DNA of 62,814 bases, counting the filler, from Choristocarpus tenellus KU-1152 (taxonomy: Eukaryota > Protista > Phaeophyceae): the NCBI GenBank assembly GCA_964200185.2. It is 9 parts of 9 records of this genome, joined end to end, with 100 filler letters (N's around TTAATTAATTAA, not from the genome) between each part and the next. Parts side by side here need not be neighbours in the genome. Positions count along the whole stretch, not along the records: positions 27,393 to 51,856 come from CAXNAD020000211.1; positions 51,957 to 59,256 come from CAXNAD020006379.1; positions 59,357 to 62,814 come from CAXNAD020019903.1; 6 more parts are not named here. One strand, given 5' to 3'. The first letter of the stretch is position 1. Every line of letters starts with the position of its first letter. Position numbers and translations under genes: made by a program. Positions 50,746 to 62,814 of this stretch are shown here, piece after piece. A model generated the notes under the pieces. It searched no databases. It had not been told where the DNA came from and saw only the letters and a list, made by a program, of their open reading frames with translations.

Positions 50746-53700
50746 ACCTAAGCTAAATGTCAGATGGCATAATAAAATAAATATAAAAATGTTGTATTGT
50801 AATAGTAGTACCACTACCCACCAATCACAACGATCTATCACTCCAAAATGTGTTGATATTAATATTTCCATCGACGTCAAATAACTAACCTCCAAATTCA
50901 GACACAAACAATATGCTTTCTCGAAATTTTATTCAATCACTCACCGCTAGTCGAATTATCTTATTCATATATATATATGATGGTTACTACTGATGACATT
51001 CTGGGATAAAACCTTGTGAGTTGAACTTCAAGTTGGTGTAACACTTGACTGCATCTCTAAATAAACACGCATTCGTGTTCACATGAAAATCAGGGGACCT
51101 TTTTGCAATCGCTGATAGATGTCGGATATTTCTAACAAGCTGAAGGACACTACAGAATACAATACTTGATGGTGAAGGAAAACGGGAGTAGACGAGCAAC
51201 TATGACTGATTTTGGTTTGCGACTCAAAGCTGATGTCGAATTATGGGCGCCCCAAGCAAGAAGTCCCAGGATGGCAAAAACAAAAGCAAGAGGTCAAGAG
51301 GACCAGCCTCAGAGACACCTGTAGATGTGGGAAAGTCGCAAGACAAGAGGGAGAGGACGAGGAAAGACAGGCAAAGGGCCACATGCCTGCAGCAAGGAGA
51401 AATTAGTAGGAGGACGCCACCTTACAATGCTCAAGAGGATAGAGAAGTTGATGCCAAAGAACAAATGGAGAAATTTTACAGCGAGCTCCAGAAGCTTACC
51501 TCCACAAGATGTATAGCTCCAATCTACAGGCCTATGGATGATACTGATGCACGTATAGGACTCCTGATGCACAAGTCCTCAAGTATGCTGGATCTCTCAC
51601 ATGGATTATAATCAATACCATCGTATAAAAAGGAAGTGGTCCAAAAATGTCTTATCAAAATCGGGGACCATAATGACCAAATAATAAATAAATAGTCAAG
51701 AAGTACAAATATACCAAATCTAGGACTTGAAGGTCATAAAGGTGTTTATGAAACCGCCACCAAGACATATCGCCTGTAACATGCTCCCCTAGCATGAAGC
51801 ATAACTGCTTCAATGCGATAAACAGGCGATTGGACAAGGAAAGATAATGTCACTCCNNNNNNNNNNNNNNNNNNNNNNNNNNNNNNNNNNNNNNNNNNNN
51901 TTAATTAATTAANNNNNNNNNNNNNNNNNNNNNNNNNNNNNNNNNNNNNNNNNNNNTGAAACGCCGTCCCTAAAGAAACTACTTCGAAGTACTATTTTTT
52001 CTACCGCATCCACCATCGACAGTCAAACGACTCAAACCGACCGCACTAATTATTCAAGCAAGCAGTCCAATGCAGGGCATACATATGCACAATGATCAAA
52101 CGAAATAATTGCCGCCCCCCACACACTGTACTACTACCACATCCGGCACGGATTCCCATTCAAAAAGGGGCCCTTAAAAAGTGCCGCAACATTTACAAAA
52201 AAAAACATATCGGCACTTTTTCCGCACCATTTTCGGTCAAGACCATCCTAAATAATAGTACGCTCCATCCTCAATTTTTAAAATCTACTGTTATTACAGG
52301 TTTCATTACGGTTTTCTGCCTTTTGACGTTGGCAAAACAAAGTATCCCTACTGACTGGATGCTTCCGAGTTACTTGCACTACTTGCAGATGCGACCAATG
52401 CTGCTGTACTCATCTTGGTACACGTACTGACATCGTTAGTGATATTCCTCTTTTCTGCTATCTATGGTATGTTCCCCGGAAGAAGAGGAAATTTATTCAT
52501 CAGCCATGATGGAAAAGCAACATTAAAGTGTTATTTGGATAGACTCAATGAGGAGATAGGGCGACTGCGAGCTAAGGCTGACCCTAACCCTAATAGTGAC
52601 ACTAGCCTGTACATGTGTGTTGAATGAAATTGGGGACTGGGTGGGGGAAGAGCCCTTGTCATGTCTCACCTATTCATGTATATAAGATAGGTATTGTTTT
52701 TTGATGGTTTGTCTGATTATCCGACATATTTTAAATCGTTCCATGAGTACTACCTGCTTATCAATCATCACAGTCTTGTGGGTATATGTGTGTGCCCCTA
52801 TCTCAAGTGAAGAGGAAAGTATACTACTAGTATATACATATACATAAACAAAGCGGTAGGGGCAGCAGAGGTCAAAATGACAGCCTAGCGTGAAACTTTT
52901 TTGCGGTGTTCAACAAACAATCGTGTACATACGGTGTGTACATACTGATCTCAAGGCGCTTTGCTGTGTATGTAATGATTCTATGTCAGGTTTCTAAGTA
53001 GAAAGGGAAATTTCACTTTCGTGGAGGGTTCTGTAGTACTAAAATTTGCATTGCCCTCGTTTTCTTTCGAGGGGTCTTGTCCTCATCATCTGAGGATTCA
53101 TCAGTGCTGCAAAAGAGGCGTGTAGAAAGTGGAGGCGGAGAAGTGGCTCGCTCTGGACAGGCAGGAGGTGGATCCATCACAGCTGGCACATGTGGTGTCC
53201 CTGGAGGTAGCACTAGAAGGACCTGTGGATGGCCATTGGAGCAGTAACAGTCAATATTGACCTTGCAGCTTGTCGATACTGGTCCTTGCTAACATTTGGG
53301 CTCACTGCTATAGTCTTCACTTCTTTGCCCAGGTTTGATGTTGGTTGTAGTCATTGAAGAAAAGGAGGTCGCCAAAACCTCGAAGGTATTACTTAGCGAG
53401 GAGGGCAGTTGTGTCCATACTGGACACTGTCAAGGCATTTCCGATCCTAACCAAATCAAGGTTATTGACAGGCTCTTTGGATGCACGACTACTGGAAAGT
53501 ATTCCCTGTCGTATTCAGGCACAAGAAGAATAGGTTCTGGTACCTGACCAGCACTGGCTGGGACCGGGAAAGCTGGGGCTGCTAGGGTATGGTTCGCGTT
53601 GGCCATGCTTCTAATTCTACCGTACGATAGTAAACTGGAGACTTGGTGTTTATTTCTCCAGGGTTGACTGCGTCTGTTGACTGCCAATTTGTGGCTGTTG

Positions 53701-54501
53701 AGTAATCATAGACACGTCACATGTACCTCCTGAAAAAGTAAGAGGGGTCGGCTAGTTGTATGGTGCATACCTTTCCATAAATGGAGAATACAATCAACCA
53801 CAATTTCACCCATAATTTTCAGTTTTGATCATTGATAGCACTTTAATACAATCGTAGCAAATCACTACGATTCATGAAGCCATGATTTTAGGATTGACTA
53901 ATTCGTCTGAGATATCGTGGGTGGAGGATGAATGTTCTAGCAGCAAACACGAATCTAAAACTACATACATTCTCTCCACTGCAGGTAACGTTAAAAACTT
54001 GTCTTAAGTGCTTTGAAAAAAAATGAGCTGCACCACCTTCAAGAATTAAACTGGAATTTTCTTCTGGATATGCTTTGCAGCCTACACCAAAAATCTTTTG
54101 TCTAAACATGTTGTGGTTTCTCAAAGCTATTTTGTCATCTCTTGCCCATGTCTTGCTCCACATCAAAATGATGGATAAGAAATGGAAGCTATGATGCACA
54201 CCACAATGGTAGTAACTTCTCCATCAATCTTCTTAGTGACTCCTTTCCTCTGCATATTTTCCATCTGCAACAATACAAACGCCTTCTAGGTCACAACTCT
54301 GTAAGATACTCTATTCCTCAAGCCTCCCCAGAAAGTCACTCTGAGACCCTCAGCACACTCCAAGAGGAAAAAACATGGACAAGAACCTGTCTTTTGTACC
54401 TCCCACCCACTCCCTCCCTCCACAGTTCAAATGTAGCTTCTCATGGATAGGGCAGGGTTCTCCAACACCATCAAGCTCCTTCACACAAGATTTGGACTGG
54501 A

Positions 54502-57500
54502 TCAGTTGTACGACAATGGTTTAGGTGGTGGAAGTGAGCTTGGATCTTGCAAAAGCCGCCGCACCTCTCCGTTCTTGAACCGGTACTGGAAAATTACCAT
54601 TCAGGGGGGCGGACGCACATGGTAAGAGATGCAACGCAATGAATGAAATAAAACACTTCACGTTCAAGGAACTCATCTCCCACGACAAGAGGGAGGGTGA
54701 AAAAACAAAAATGTTCATCTCCACTTACTTGGAGAGCAGTCTACAGGGCATGAGAATCAGGCGCTTAGGCCATGCAAGCGGTAGGGGTATATAGTATGTA
54801 CAAAACTGATGTCATGCACCAACTAACTGGAGTGTCACGGAGGCAACTCTCCACCTGGGAAAAGAGTCGCTCGTCAGCAGTGGCAACATGACACTGCATA
54901 ATCTGTAGCGTATCAGCGTGGGATGTGAGCACGATGGAGGCCCCCTGGTATTCCTTCTCCAGGCCCAGGAAGAGTTCATGCACCCTTGATGACACGGCGC
55001 AGACACTCTCAACCCCCATGCCATCCTGATTGCCATCCTCCAGATCCTTTGGCCAGACCTGTATGTATGTACACGTGAGATTGGGATCGAATGGGAGTGT
55101 ACCTAGGTGAGGACGGACGCTTATTGTGTGCCATGGAGAGGAAAGAGTCATAAAAATAGAGTTGGGGGGCCGATTGCAGTGAAGCATGAAATTGCAACAA
55201 ATGCCGAAAAAAAAAAGAAGCGGAATTCTTGAAACTCTTCGGATTTTTTTAAAATCCACAAACAGTCAAGACAAGCACTAAAACAAATAATATATGTATA
55301 TATATATATATATATATGATGGTAGTGTTCGCATTTTGATCGCAGGAGACTCGAAGCTAAAATGTTCTGACTTTATGATGACATTCCGAGACACTGTTGT
55401 GTTCTTATTTCAAGCTGCTGTCTGGTGGGAGTGCCGCAGTTTTCACTTGGTCATATACAGTTCAATTTTCAACAGTCGACATCATCCGACAAGTTGAGAC
55501 ACCTTCGGAGGATCCCCGAAAGGATATTATCTAAGTAGAGCTCTACTTTGGCACCAAATATATTTAAAAAAAAAACCATACCGCATTATGGCTGGCCTTG
55601 AAAGTGAGCTTTGCTATCCTTGCGATACAGCGATTCATCCATCTACCAACAGTATCCAACAGGAGACAATGGCCCCCTATACAAATATCTGGTCCGTTAT
55701 TGGGGCATAAAAGAAGACACAAGCTCATGATTATATCTGTCACATGAGAGTTGACTATATAACAAAGGCGCAATTTTCATCATATGGTGCCATGGCGCCG
55801 TGGGGGCAAGAGGAGGTGAAGGAGTGAAGACCGGTTATGGCATACACTATTACAACGTTGTCTGTCACAGGGCGGTCCACAGGGCAGGGCAGTCCACAAC
55901 AGTCAGTATTAACACTTCGAATGTCCTCTCTGTTCAGGAGGAACTTCACAATCAATTGAGTCCTTCGCAGAACAGGGCACAAATGCGCACTACAAGACTA
56001 GTGGTATCTACTGTCCGAATGAGGAGATAGAGTAAAGGAACCCTAACATCAAGGGAGACACAGGCAACTAGCTCGACTAGTACAGTACAACGAAAGCCAA
56101 AAACTGATCCACCGACACAACTGTTGCAACAACTACAGTATTTCTTCTTCTTCTTCTTCTTCTTCTGGAATGACTGTTCCTACTAGAATCCAAAAAATTC
56201 TCGGTTTCCAGTGACCAAGAAATCGGAAGCTGGCGGAACACTTGCATCAATATGAAATTATGGAAGACAGTAAAATTGATCTGACGTATACCATTTTCGA
56301 TTATTATTATTATTTTGTGTGTGTGTGTGTGTGTTAACATGTCACTGACTACCCTCCTCCCCATCCTCCATCGCATCTTCACTCTTCCTGCAGAATAAGA
56401 TGACCTCAGAGTTGGATCGGTTTCAAGCACAGCGGATTCTAGGCAGTCTGACTCAGAGAAACAGGCTGGTAAAAACGTTCACAGAAGTCCTCCCTCTCTC
56501 TTTGTATTCCTCTTTCCTTTCCTTGACCATCATTTCTTCTACTCTAAAAGCAACCAATATCTTTCCAGAACAACACACCCATCAAGTATGCATCCCTTGA
56601 ACAAAAAAAGGGATAATAAAAAGTTAGCAATTGAGTCTGACCCTCTGGAACTCTCATCTCCTCCCTTGAAAAACCGCTTCGCAGTTTTATTTTTATTTTT
56701 TTTCCCCTGGGAATTAATACTTTGAAGTAGGAAGTTTCATTCGCAACCCTAACCCTAATAAAACAGAAGGAAATATTTCCTCTTCCGCACAGCACAAAAA
56801 CACAACAATCTCAAGCAATGCAAATGCTAAGTCCATTTCCATCTCGCATCCACCACTGACGTATCAAACATCACCCCCTCCAAGTTAAAAGCAATAACAG
56901 CGAGACCTAACAAAGGTCGTTTTTTTTTTTACTACTCAAAAGAGGTTGATTGTTGTTACATTCAACCCTCTGTGGGTTTTCTCACCCGGGTTCCAACCGG
57001 GCTCTCTCCCTATTGATTCTCAACGGAGAGGTGGTATACTGCACCTTTTAACACAGGGAGTACAAACACATACACCCATCCTACGGAGAGAGACCTACAA
57101 AGCACCCCCCACTCACGAGGAACTGAAAGCGGCGCAGAGACTGGGGCAATCGCAAGAAAACTCTCAAGCCATCGGAGTTCAAAACAACAACAGCAAGAAG
57201 AGCACCATTCCGGAAAAAAAAACCCAAAAAAGATCCAAGGCATGATACAGTCTGCACAAGGCACACACACACGCACACGCACACACACGCACACGCACAC
57301 ACACACACACACACACACGAACCCCACCTACCTACCTTGTTGTAATTGACCAAAATCGTTCCGTCAAGCTCGCCGAAATATCGTTCTCGAAGCTCCTCCC
57401 TGATCCCCACCGGTGACAACTCATACACCTCCTTGCCTCCGGTCTCACTCTCCTCAGCCAAGGCCTCCCTTTCGTAGTTGACAATTCTCAGCACTGCTGC

Positions 57501-58960
57501 CCTGCATTCCTCAGCTGTTTGTTTTGCACGGAGGAAGTCGCTGGATATGAAAACCAGTGAATCGAGGTGGTCCCTCCCTACCTTCACACCCCAAAGGTTC
57601 GGGGTCACAATGATAGTGCAGAGAGGGGGGGAAAGGCATGAGAGGGCAGGGGACGGGAGGGATTAGGGTGGTCGCTCCCTACAAGCCAGGCTCTCCAAAG
57701 AGACTGCAAATTCTTTTTATTTTTCTAGGATACATTTCTGGGTATCTACTGAGGTGTGGATCGTGGTTCTGTAGGGCGATCTTGATGTACTTTGATTGAG
57801 GGGTTATTGATGTGATCAAACCAGAAATCAAATCAACAAGCAGAGATAGAGAAACTGCAGAAAGCATGTTGCTTATGTGTGTGTGTGTGTGTGTGTATCC
57901 ATATTATACACACATACATATATACATACATATATAGGAGATCTCTTGCCACATGCTGCACAAAACACACACTCCAAGGTAAAATAAAAAAAGGTTTGTT
58001 TTGAAACCTCTCAAATGCGAAAAGATAGACATTGTTGAAATGCACAATACACGCTGTAAGTGTTTCTACACCATCTTCAGTATGGTACAACACAGGCAGT
58101 ACAGGGTTCTGGAGTTAAGATTCTAGGGATACACACAGTGGGAGGTACAAAACTGCCACAAGAATATTTCAGCCAGCACACAGAATACAAGCAGCTAATG
58201 CACAAATGTTGAAAGTTGTCAATCAAATATTAACCTGCCTATTTCGTAAGGAACCAGTTGGGAGCTGGAATTGGATTCTGAAGTATGCAAAAATGGGAAA
58301 ACACCTTTGAAATGCCGCAAGGTCTAGAAGTATCTATTGTTTCAATAGCAGCAACTCTGCTTCTGTGTAAAGAGATGCTTCCTAAAGTATCCAGTCATAA
58401 CTCCCGAAAAATGCTATTTTTCAGCTCGAATTAGTTGTGTCCACTACTACTGAGTCCACCCTGTAGAGTGCTACATGGAACGGAATCTTGGTGACATCAT
58501 ATTGAAAACATAAGCAGCGGCCTCAGCTGGGAATAGGAATTGGAGGTTGACTGTAGTGGTAGGTTCTCACAGAAGGTATCCTCCAGCTTATATGGAGCTA
58601 GGAGATGGAGATGATCGCCCAACCTCTCTTAGGGTGAAGGTGCCATAAAAGAGCAGACCTTGTGGCGCGTCGAAGTAGACCTGCTTTACAAGTGGTTTCT
58701 TCCATCTTCGTCAAATGTTTCAAGATATGTACACTATTTGAGGTTAACCATCTTTTCCTACGACAATCGAACACGCCACTCGCCCAAACACCACCATACT
58801 AACTCTCAACTGGCTGCCCACAATAGAAAGGAAAGTAACTCGACACTTGCTTACCAATTCGATCAGTGATGTTGCAGCTGCCCGTGCCTGTGCCCTTCCA
58901 CCAGTTGTCAAGCCATGACTGACAGTGCCAACTGCTGGGTTACTTGATATAATACCCTCC
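54502..58960 (-). CDS. Histidine phosphatase superfamily (phosphoglycerate mutase-like) protein, 5'-partial, 4 exons visible
   Basis: Exons 58855-58960 (EGIISSNP..HGLTTGGRAQA), 57336-57581 (SSDFLRAKQTA, LRERYFGELDG), 54855-55058 (ESV..RV, IVLTSHADTL) and 54502-54585 (YRFKNGEVR..TGA). GT-AG boundaries are in phase. The exon with the catalytic RHG motif was not found before the spacer at 59257. Confidence 0.88.
57262..57318. repeat. (CA)n/(CACG) microsatellite in the histidine phosphatase intron
   Basis: Direct reading. Other simple repeats: (TTC)n 56142-56166, (TG)n 56316-56333 and 57876-57896, (AGT)n 39620-39640, (CCTA)n 59382-59412, (ACAGTT)n 59825-59850. Confidence 0.9.
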
Positions 58961-60491
58961 CTGATGTACTCAAACGCAGAGCAAGGTGCACATTGTCGTG
59001 TGTCAGGTCATTTGATCATTGGCAGCACCTGGCAAGAGACAGCAGATCACTTCGGCACACTTGAAGGAGATTCTTCACCACAATCTCTACTGACGTCAAT
59101 GAGCACATGCTCTCCAGTACTTCGCCCCTAAGTGCTATTCAATCCTTGTTCTCTACAACCCAGGAACGCCGAGTGCTGCATACATCAGCTCCATGATCAG
59201 CATTCTACCTGGGAGTAGGGGGGGTGTAAGCAGCAAGACCTATCGGAACCCTACGANNNNNNNNNNNNNNNNNNNNNNNNNNNNNNNNNNNNNNNNNNNN
59301 TTAATTAATTAANNNNNNNNNNNNNNNNNNNNNNNNNNNNNNNNNNNNNNNNNNNNCCCCCACCATCCATCAACAACAAGGGCCTACCTACCTACCTACC
59401 TACCTACCTACCAAGGGAAGGACAGCAAACCCCCCAGGATGAGTTGAGAGTACCATGTCCATGTCCATGTCTAGAAAAGACACATTCAAGAAGAAAAAAC
59501 AAGCTAAGGTTCTACATAAAAACAAGCATCAGGCCACTAAAAAAAAACTCCACTTCAACTCGCAGGAACACAAACCCTAACCCTAACCCCAACCCTATGT
59601 ACCAAGACTCTGGACTACACTCTCTGCAAGTAACCCTAACCCTGTCTCTCCACCCAAGCTACATACCTACATACATACATACCTACCTACCTAGACAGTC
59701 AGCCAGCCAGCCAGCTAGTAGCAGACTCACGGTAATAACATCAGCATCACTCTCTGTCACACATCACACATCATCACAAGCACACACACACACACACACA
59801 TCTACGTGTAGAGCTTCTACAGCAACAGTTACAGTTACAGTTACAGTTACAAAAACAGGGGGGAAAAAAAATTGGAATGTGTTCCTCTTCCAGACTACGG
59901 AAGATTTTTTATTTTTGTAAAAGAACCGCACGTATGTAAACGTAGGGGGGGGGGGGGGAGGATTTGACACGTTCTTGAAGGCGACATTGAAGATTCAGTT
60001 GCGAAGCGCTTCTNNNNNNNNNNGTTGGTGTGTAGGTAGAGGATAGTGAAGGCGCGGGGGGGGGGGGGGGGGGGGGGGGGGGGTGGGGGGACGATTTGAC
60101 ACGTTCTTGAAGGCAGCATCTAAGATTCGCTTCCGCAGCACCTCTTGCCTGCAAAGATCGCATCGTCAACCCCACCAACTCCCACCACCAGCACTACCTT
60201 GCCACTGCTCAAGTAGCACTGCTGAGGACATATTAGTACATGCTACATCTCGCCAGGACTACGTGTGCAGATCTGCTCCCACCCCTCCCACACAAATCTC
60301 AATCCATGCCACCGCGATTCGATACTGATATCACGAATAGACTTGTGTCCACTGTAACCATAAACACTGTAACTGTAAACACTGTAACTGTAAACAGAAC
60401 CTGCCTTCTGCGCATGTCTTTCATTGGTTGAGAGTAAAAGAGCTTCTCCCGTTTGTTTTGGACCTGAACATCACCTCACACACTTTATGTC

Positions 60492-60556
60492 GAGTCATCT
60501 CACAAACGTTATTGGAGTCGTCTCACACACGTTATTGAAGTCATCTCACACAAATT
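60492..60556. repeat. 23-bp tandem repeat (~2.7 copies)
   Basis: gagtcatctcacaaacgttattg and variants. Confidence 0.8.
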
Positions 60557-61514
60557 CGGTAGGATAGTGAGTGGGGTGGGCAGAAGAAGTCCTCACAAGT
60601 AGGGATTTTTCTGCAAGATTGACTCACAAAGTAGCCCACCACTAGGTGGCAAGTTTCCAGTCAAAGCGTCAATCAAGAAGTAGAACTAGCGCCCTGAGAA
60701 TTCAAAATGTTAGGTTATTGACACCCCCAGCCTGTATCGAAAGAGGGAAGAATAGTAACTGCTTAAGTAAAACAAAGTCAAGACGTGATCGGGGGGTGGG
60801 AGGGGAGGGAGTATTTCAACTGCTCAACTAAGCTAGAAACCATGTGAACTTGTTTGCCACAAATTGACTTACTTAGGACAAAGCAACACAAGTGTCTAGT
60901 GTTGTGAATGCATTCAATTAAATCGTGACAAAATCAAAAACGAAGATTGAGGGGTGATTTTTGACTAGCATATTCTTGCCAATGCACGTTGAGCGCTATG
61001 CCCACAGAGCTTGGCCATTCACACCCCTCTTTTTTGTGCTTCGTCTACAGTTCGGCAATAACCAAGCACATTGCAAATTTCTAACCTATAGAACCCACAG
61101 TCAAACGCATTCACAACACCACCCGAGACCCACCACCATATCGGCAACAATGTGAAGATTTTTCCTACAACAAGCAGCCTCAGTACTACATCGGCAGGGT
61201 CGAACTTACCGCCTGGACAGTGAGGAAAGAGTCACATCCCATCACAAGCCTGCACCAAAGCTCTGATGACAACAGCAATCAATACCTCCGCTATACTTGG
61301 TACTATTGAAGTACAAGAAAGGATCCAGAGGATTTCTTAGCATGCAGGCGAATAAGCATTTGCCAGCAGAACAGGAGCTTTCACCCTGACCACGTTTAGA
61401 TTTCTCGTGTGGCATTTATTTGACCACCCCGTCTATGAATGGCAACACTATCGCGTCTCCACACAGCAAAAACAACAGCTAAGAAAATTCTTGAAAACCC
61501 TTGAATTGTCGTAC

Positions 61515-62392
61515 CTCGTACAGCCTTAGTGCAGGCTCCCATTGCCTCGCTTTGGTGAGAATAGAGATACATGTTTTGGTAGCTGTGACACCAGGAGAAA
61601 GGCCACGCGCTTCCGCCTTTCTTACCAAGTCCAATGCCCCACGCCAGTCACCCTCTTGGTCCAGGAACTGTACAATGAAAAAAAACGACAGAAAGACCAA
61701 GATAGAAGTTGGAAGAGAGGTTGACAAAGACTATATTCTCTTCCTGGAAAAAGTACCATATGTGCCCTAGAAATATAGGCCAAGCATCAGGAAAGCTTTC
61801 TTTCCCCCTAACGGTTCACTTGTTAAGTGTTGAAGTTCAACGTGGAAGGGTAATGTGCTGTCTTGTTGGCCCATCTGGTGGTCGATAAAGGTCAACCAAG
61901 ACACGCTCAAACAATCCAAACAATCCAAACAATCCCCAAGTAAATTTGGCATATAGCCCTATCAGTGAGCAGCATACACCAATGACATGTAAGTGACGGG
62001 GTTTGAATGGTACAAGTATCTCTACACACAGCTAAGTCGACGCAAGAAAATATTCACCTTCAGGTCCCTCGAGAGTTGCACCTGCTGCCTTACTGTATTC
62101 TTCGAAACTTCGTTCCTTACGCTCTGTGAATCATCAGCAGCAGGCGGATCATCACGAGCTACGCCACCGCACTCAACCTCCCTTTCAGCTTTGCAAGGTC
62201 CTCTGGGTATCGTGGACTTGCAAGACCAATTGCGACGCCCACTATGCCCCCAAGTCAACGCCTGACCAATGGTTCCTGGGGATATAAAAGCTGTTGACAC
62301 GGCATCCCTCATTTTCCGACCAAGCTTCACTTTCCTCAGGACAGAGGTTAGTGTGGTATGATCAGAGGAGAGGAGAGGGTCACCAACAATAC
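61515..62392 (-). CDS. Pentatricopeptide-repeat (PPR) protein, partial (2 exons)
   Basis: Exon 61515-61667 reads FLDQEGDWRGALDLVRKAEARGLSPGVTATKTCISILTKARQWEPALRLYE (PPR pattern) with cag| and |gtacga boundaries. An in-frame upstream exon ends at 62058 (..QVQLSRDLK|gtgaat). The 5' boundary and downstream exons are uncertain. Confidence 0.7.
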
Positions 62393-62814
62393 TGTGGACC
62401 AATCATAGGACGAAACTCGAATCTATTCAAAAAATGCTCCTCCGGGGGTCCATATAGTGTTGGCAGTCACCTCTACAATGTTAGCAGTCGCCTCCTGCAT
62501 CAACTTTGTCATGCCATAACTTCCGATCAACAACAATTATTTTCATGAAAAATCGTTTGTATGAATCGCATCAGCATGATTAATATTATTTGATCGGACT
62601 TGGTTCGTCATTTTACAGTGATCGTGAGAAATGCAGGACCATACTTAAATAAAGTAGTCCGGGCGCAAACAGTGCATTTAAGGATGATTTTGACGCCTGA
62701 AGAGGTCATCTTCACCCAGAGAACAGGGGCGTTGTCGTCTCTCCATTCTCTTTCTATTATTTCCAGTTTATGCGATGTTGTCACCTGCTGACTAAGGCTC
62801 ACTCATGGGGGCCC

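Noticed and set aside
53013-54265. Additional minus-strand gene downstream of the phosphatase
   Set aside because: The exon-like pieces have stops in every tested frame and no recognisable domain. Probably degraded transposon or gene debris.
60400-60465. Small minus-strand exon (VQNKREKLFYSQPMKDMRRRQ)
   Set aside because: It has AG/GT boundaries but cannot be linked to either the PPR or the phosphatase gene from sequence alone.

Overview
Eukaryotic, intron-rich genomic DNA. It is most likely a brown alga or a close stramenopile relative; this is an inference from the transposon types, TTAGGG-type repeats and gene structure. The window is nine sequence blocks joined by eight identical 100-nt artificial spacers (44 N + TTAATTAATTAA + 44 N), so most ORF-track entries are spurious or partial exons. 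Splicing by hand gives five genes: (1) a complete 14-exon DNAJC7-type TPR + J-domain co-chaperone (29961-49596, -, ~508 aa); (2) a 5'-partial histidine phosphatase/PGAM-family gene (54502-58960, -); (3) a partial PPR gene (61515-~62392, -); (4) a partial multidomain Tudor-Tudor-coiled coil-WW-IQ-SAM-like gene (5638-10740, +); (5) a CpG-rich spliced gene with a PHD/RING-like finger and one premature TAA (14297-16907, +). The rest is degraded Ty3/Gypsy, Ty1/Copia, RTE and REL-type retroelements, a poly-G MITE family with 3-bp target-site duplications, and tandem repeats. The most unusual signals are: dense telomere-type (TTAGGG/CCCTAA) clusters in the DNAJC7 introns that overlap a splice donor and likely branch points and can form hairpins; frequent GC-AG introns; and a CpG-island versus CpG-poor gene-body contrast that suggests CG methylation.
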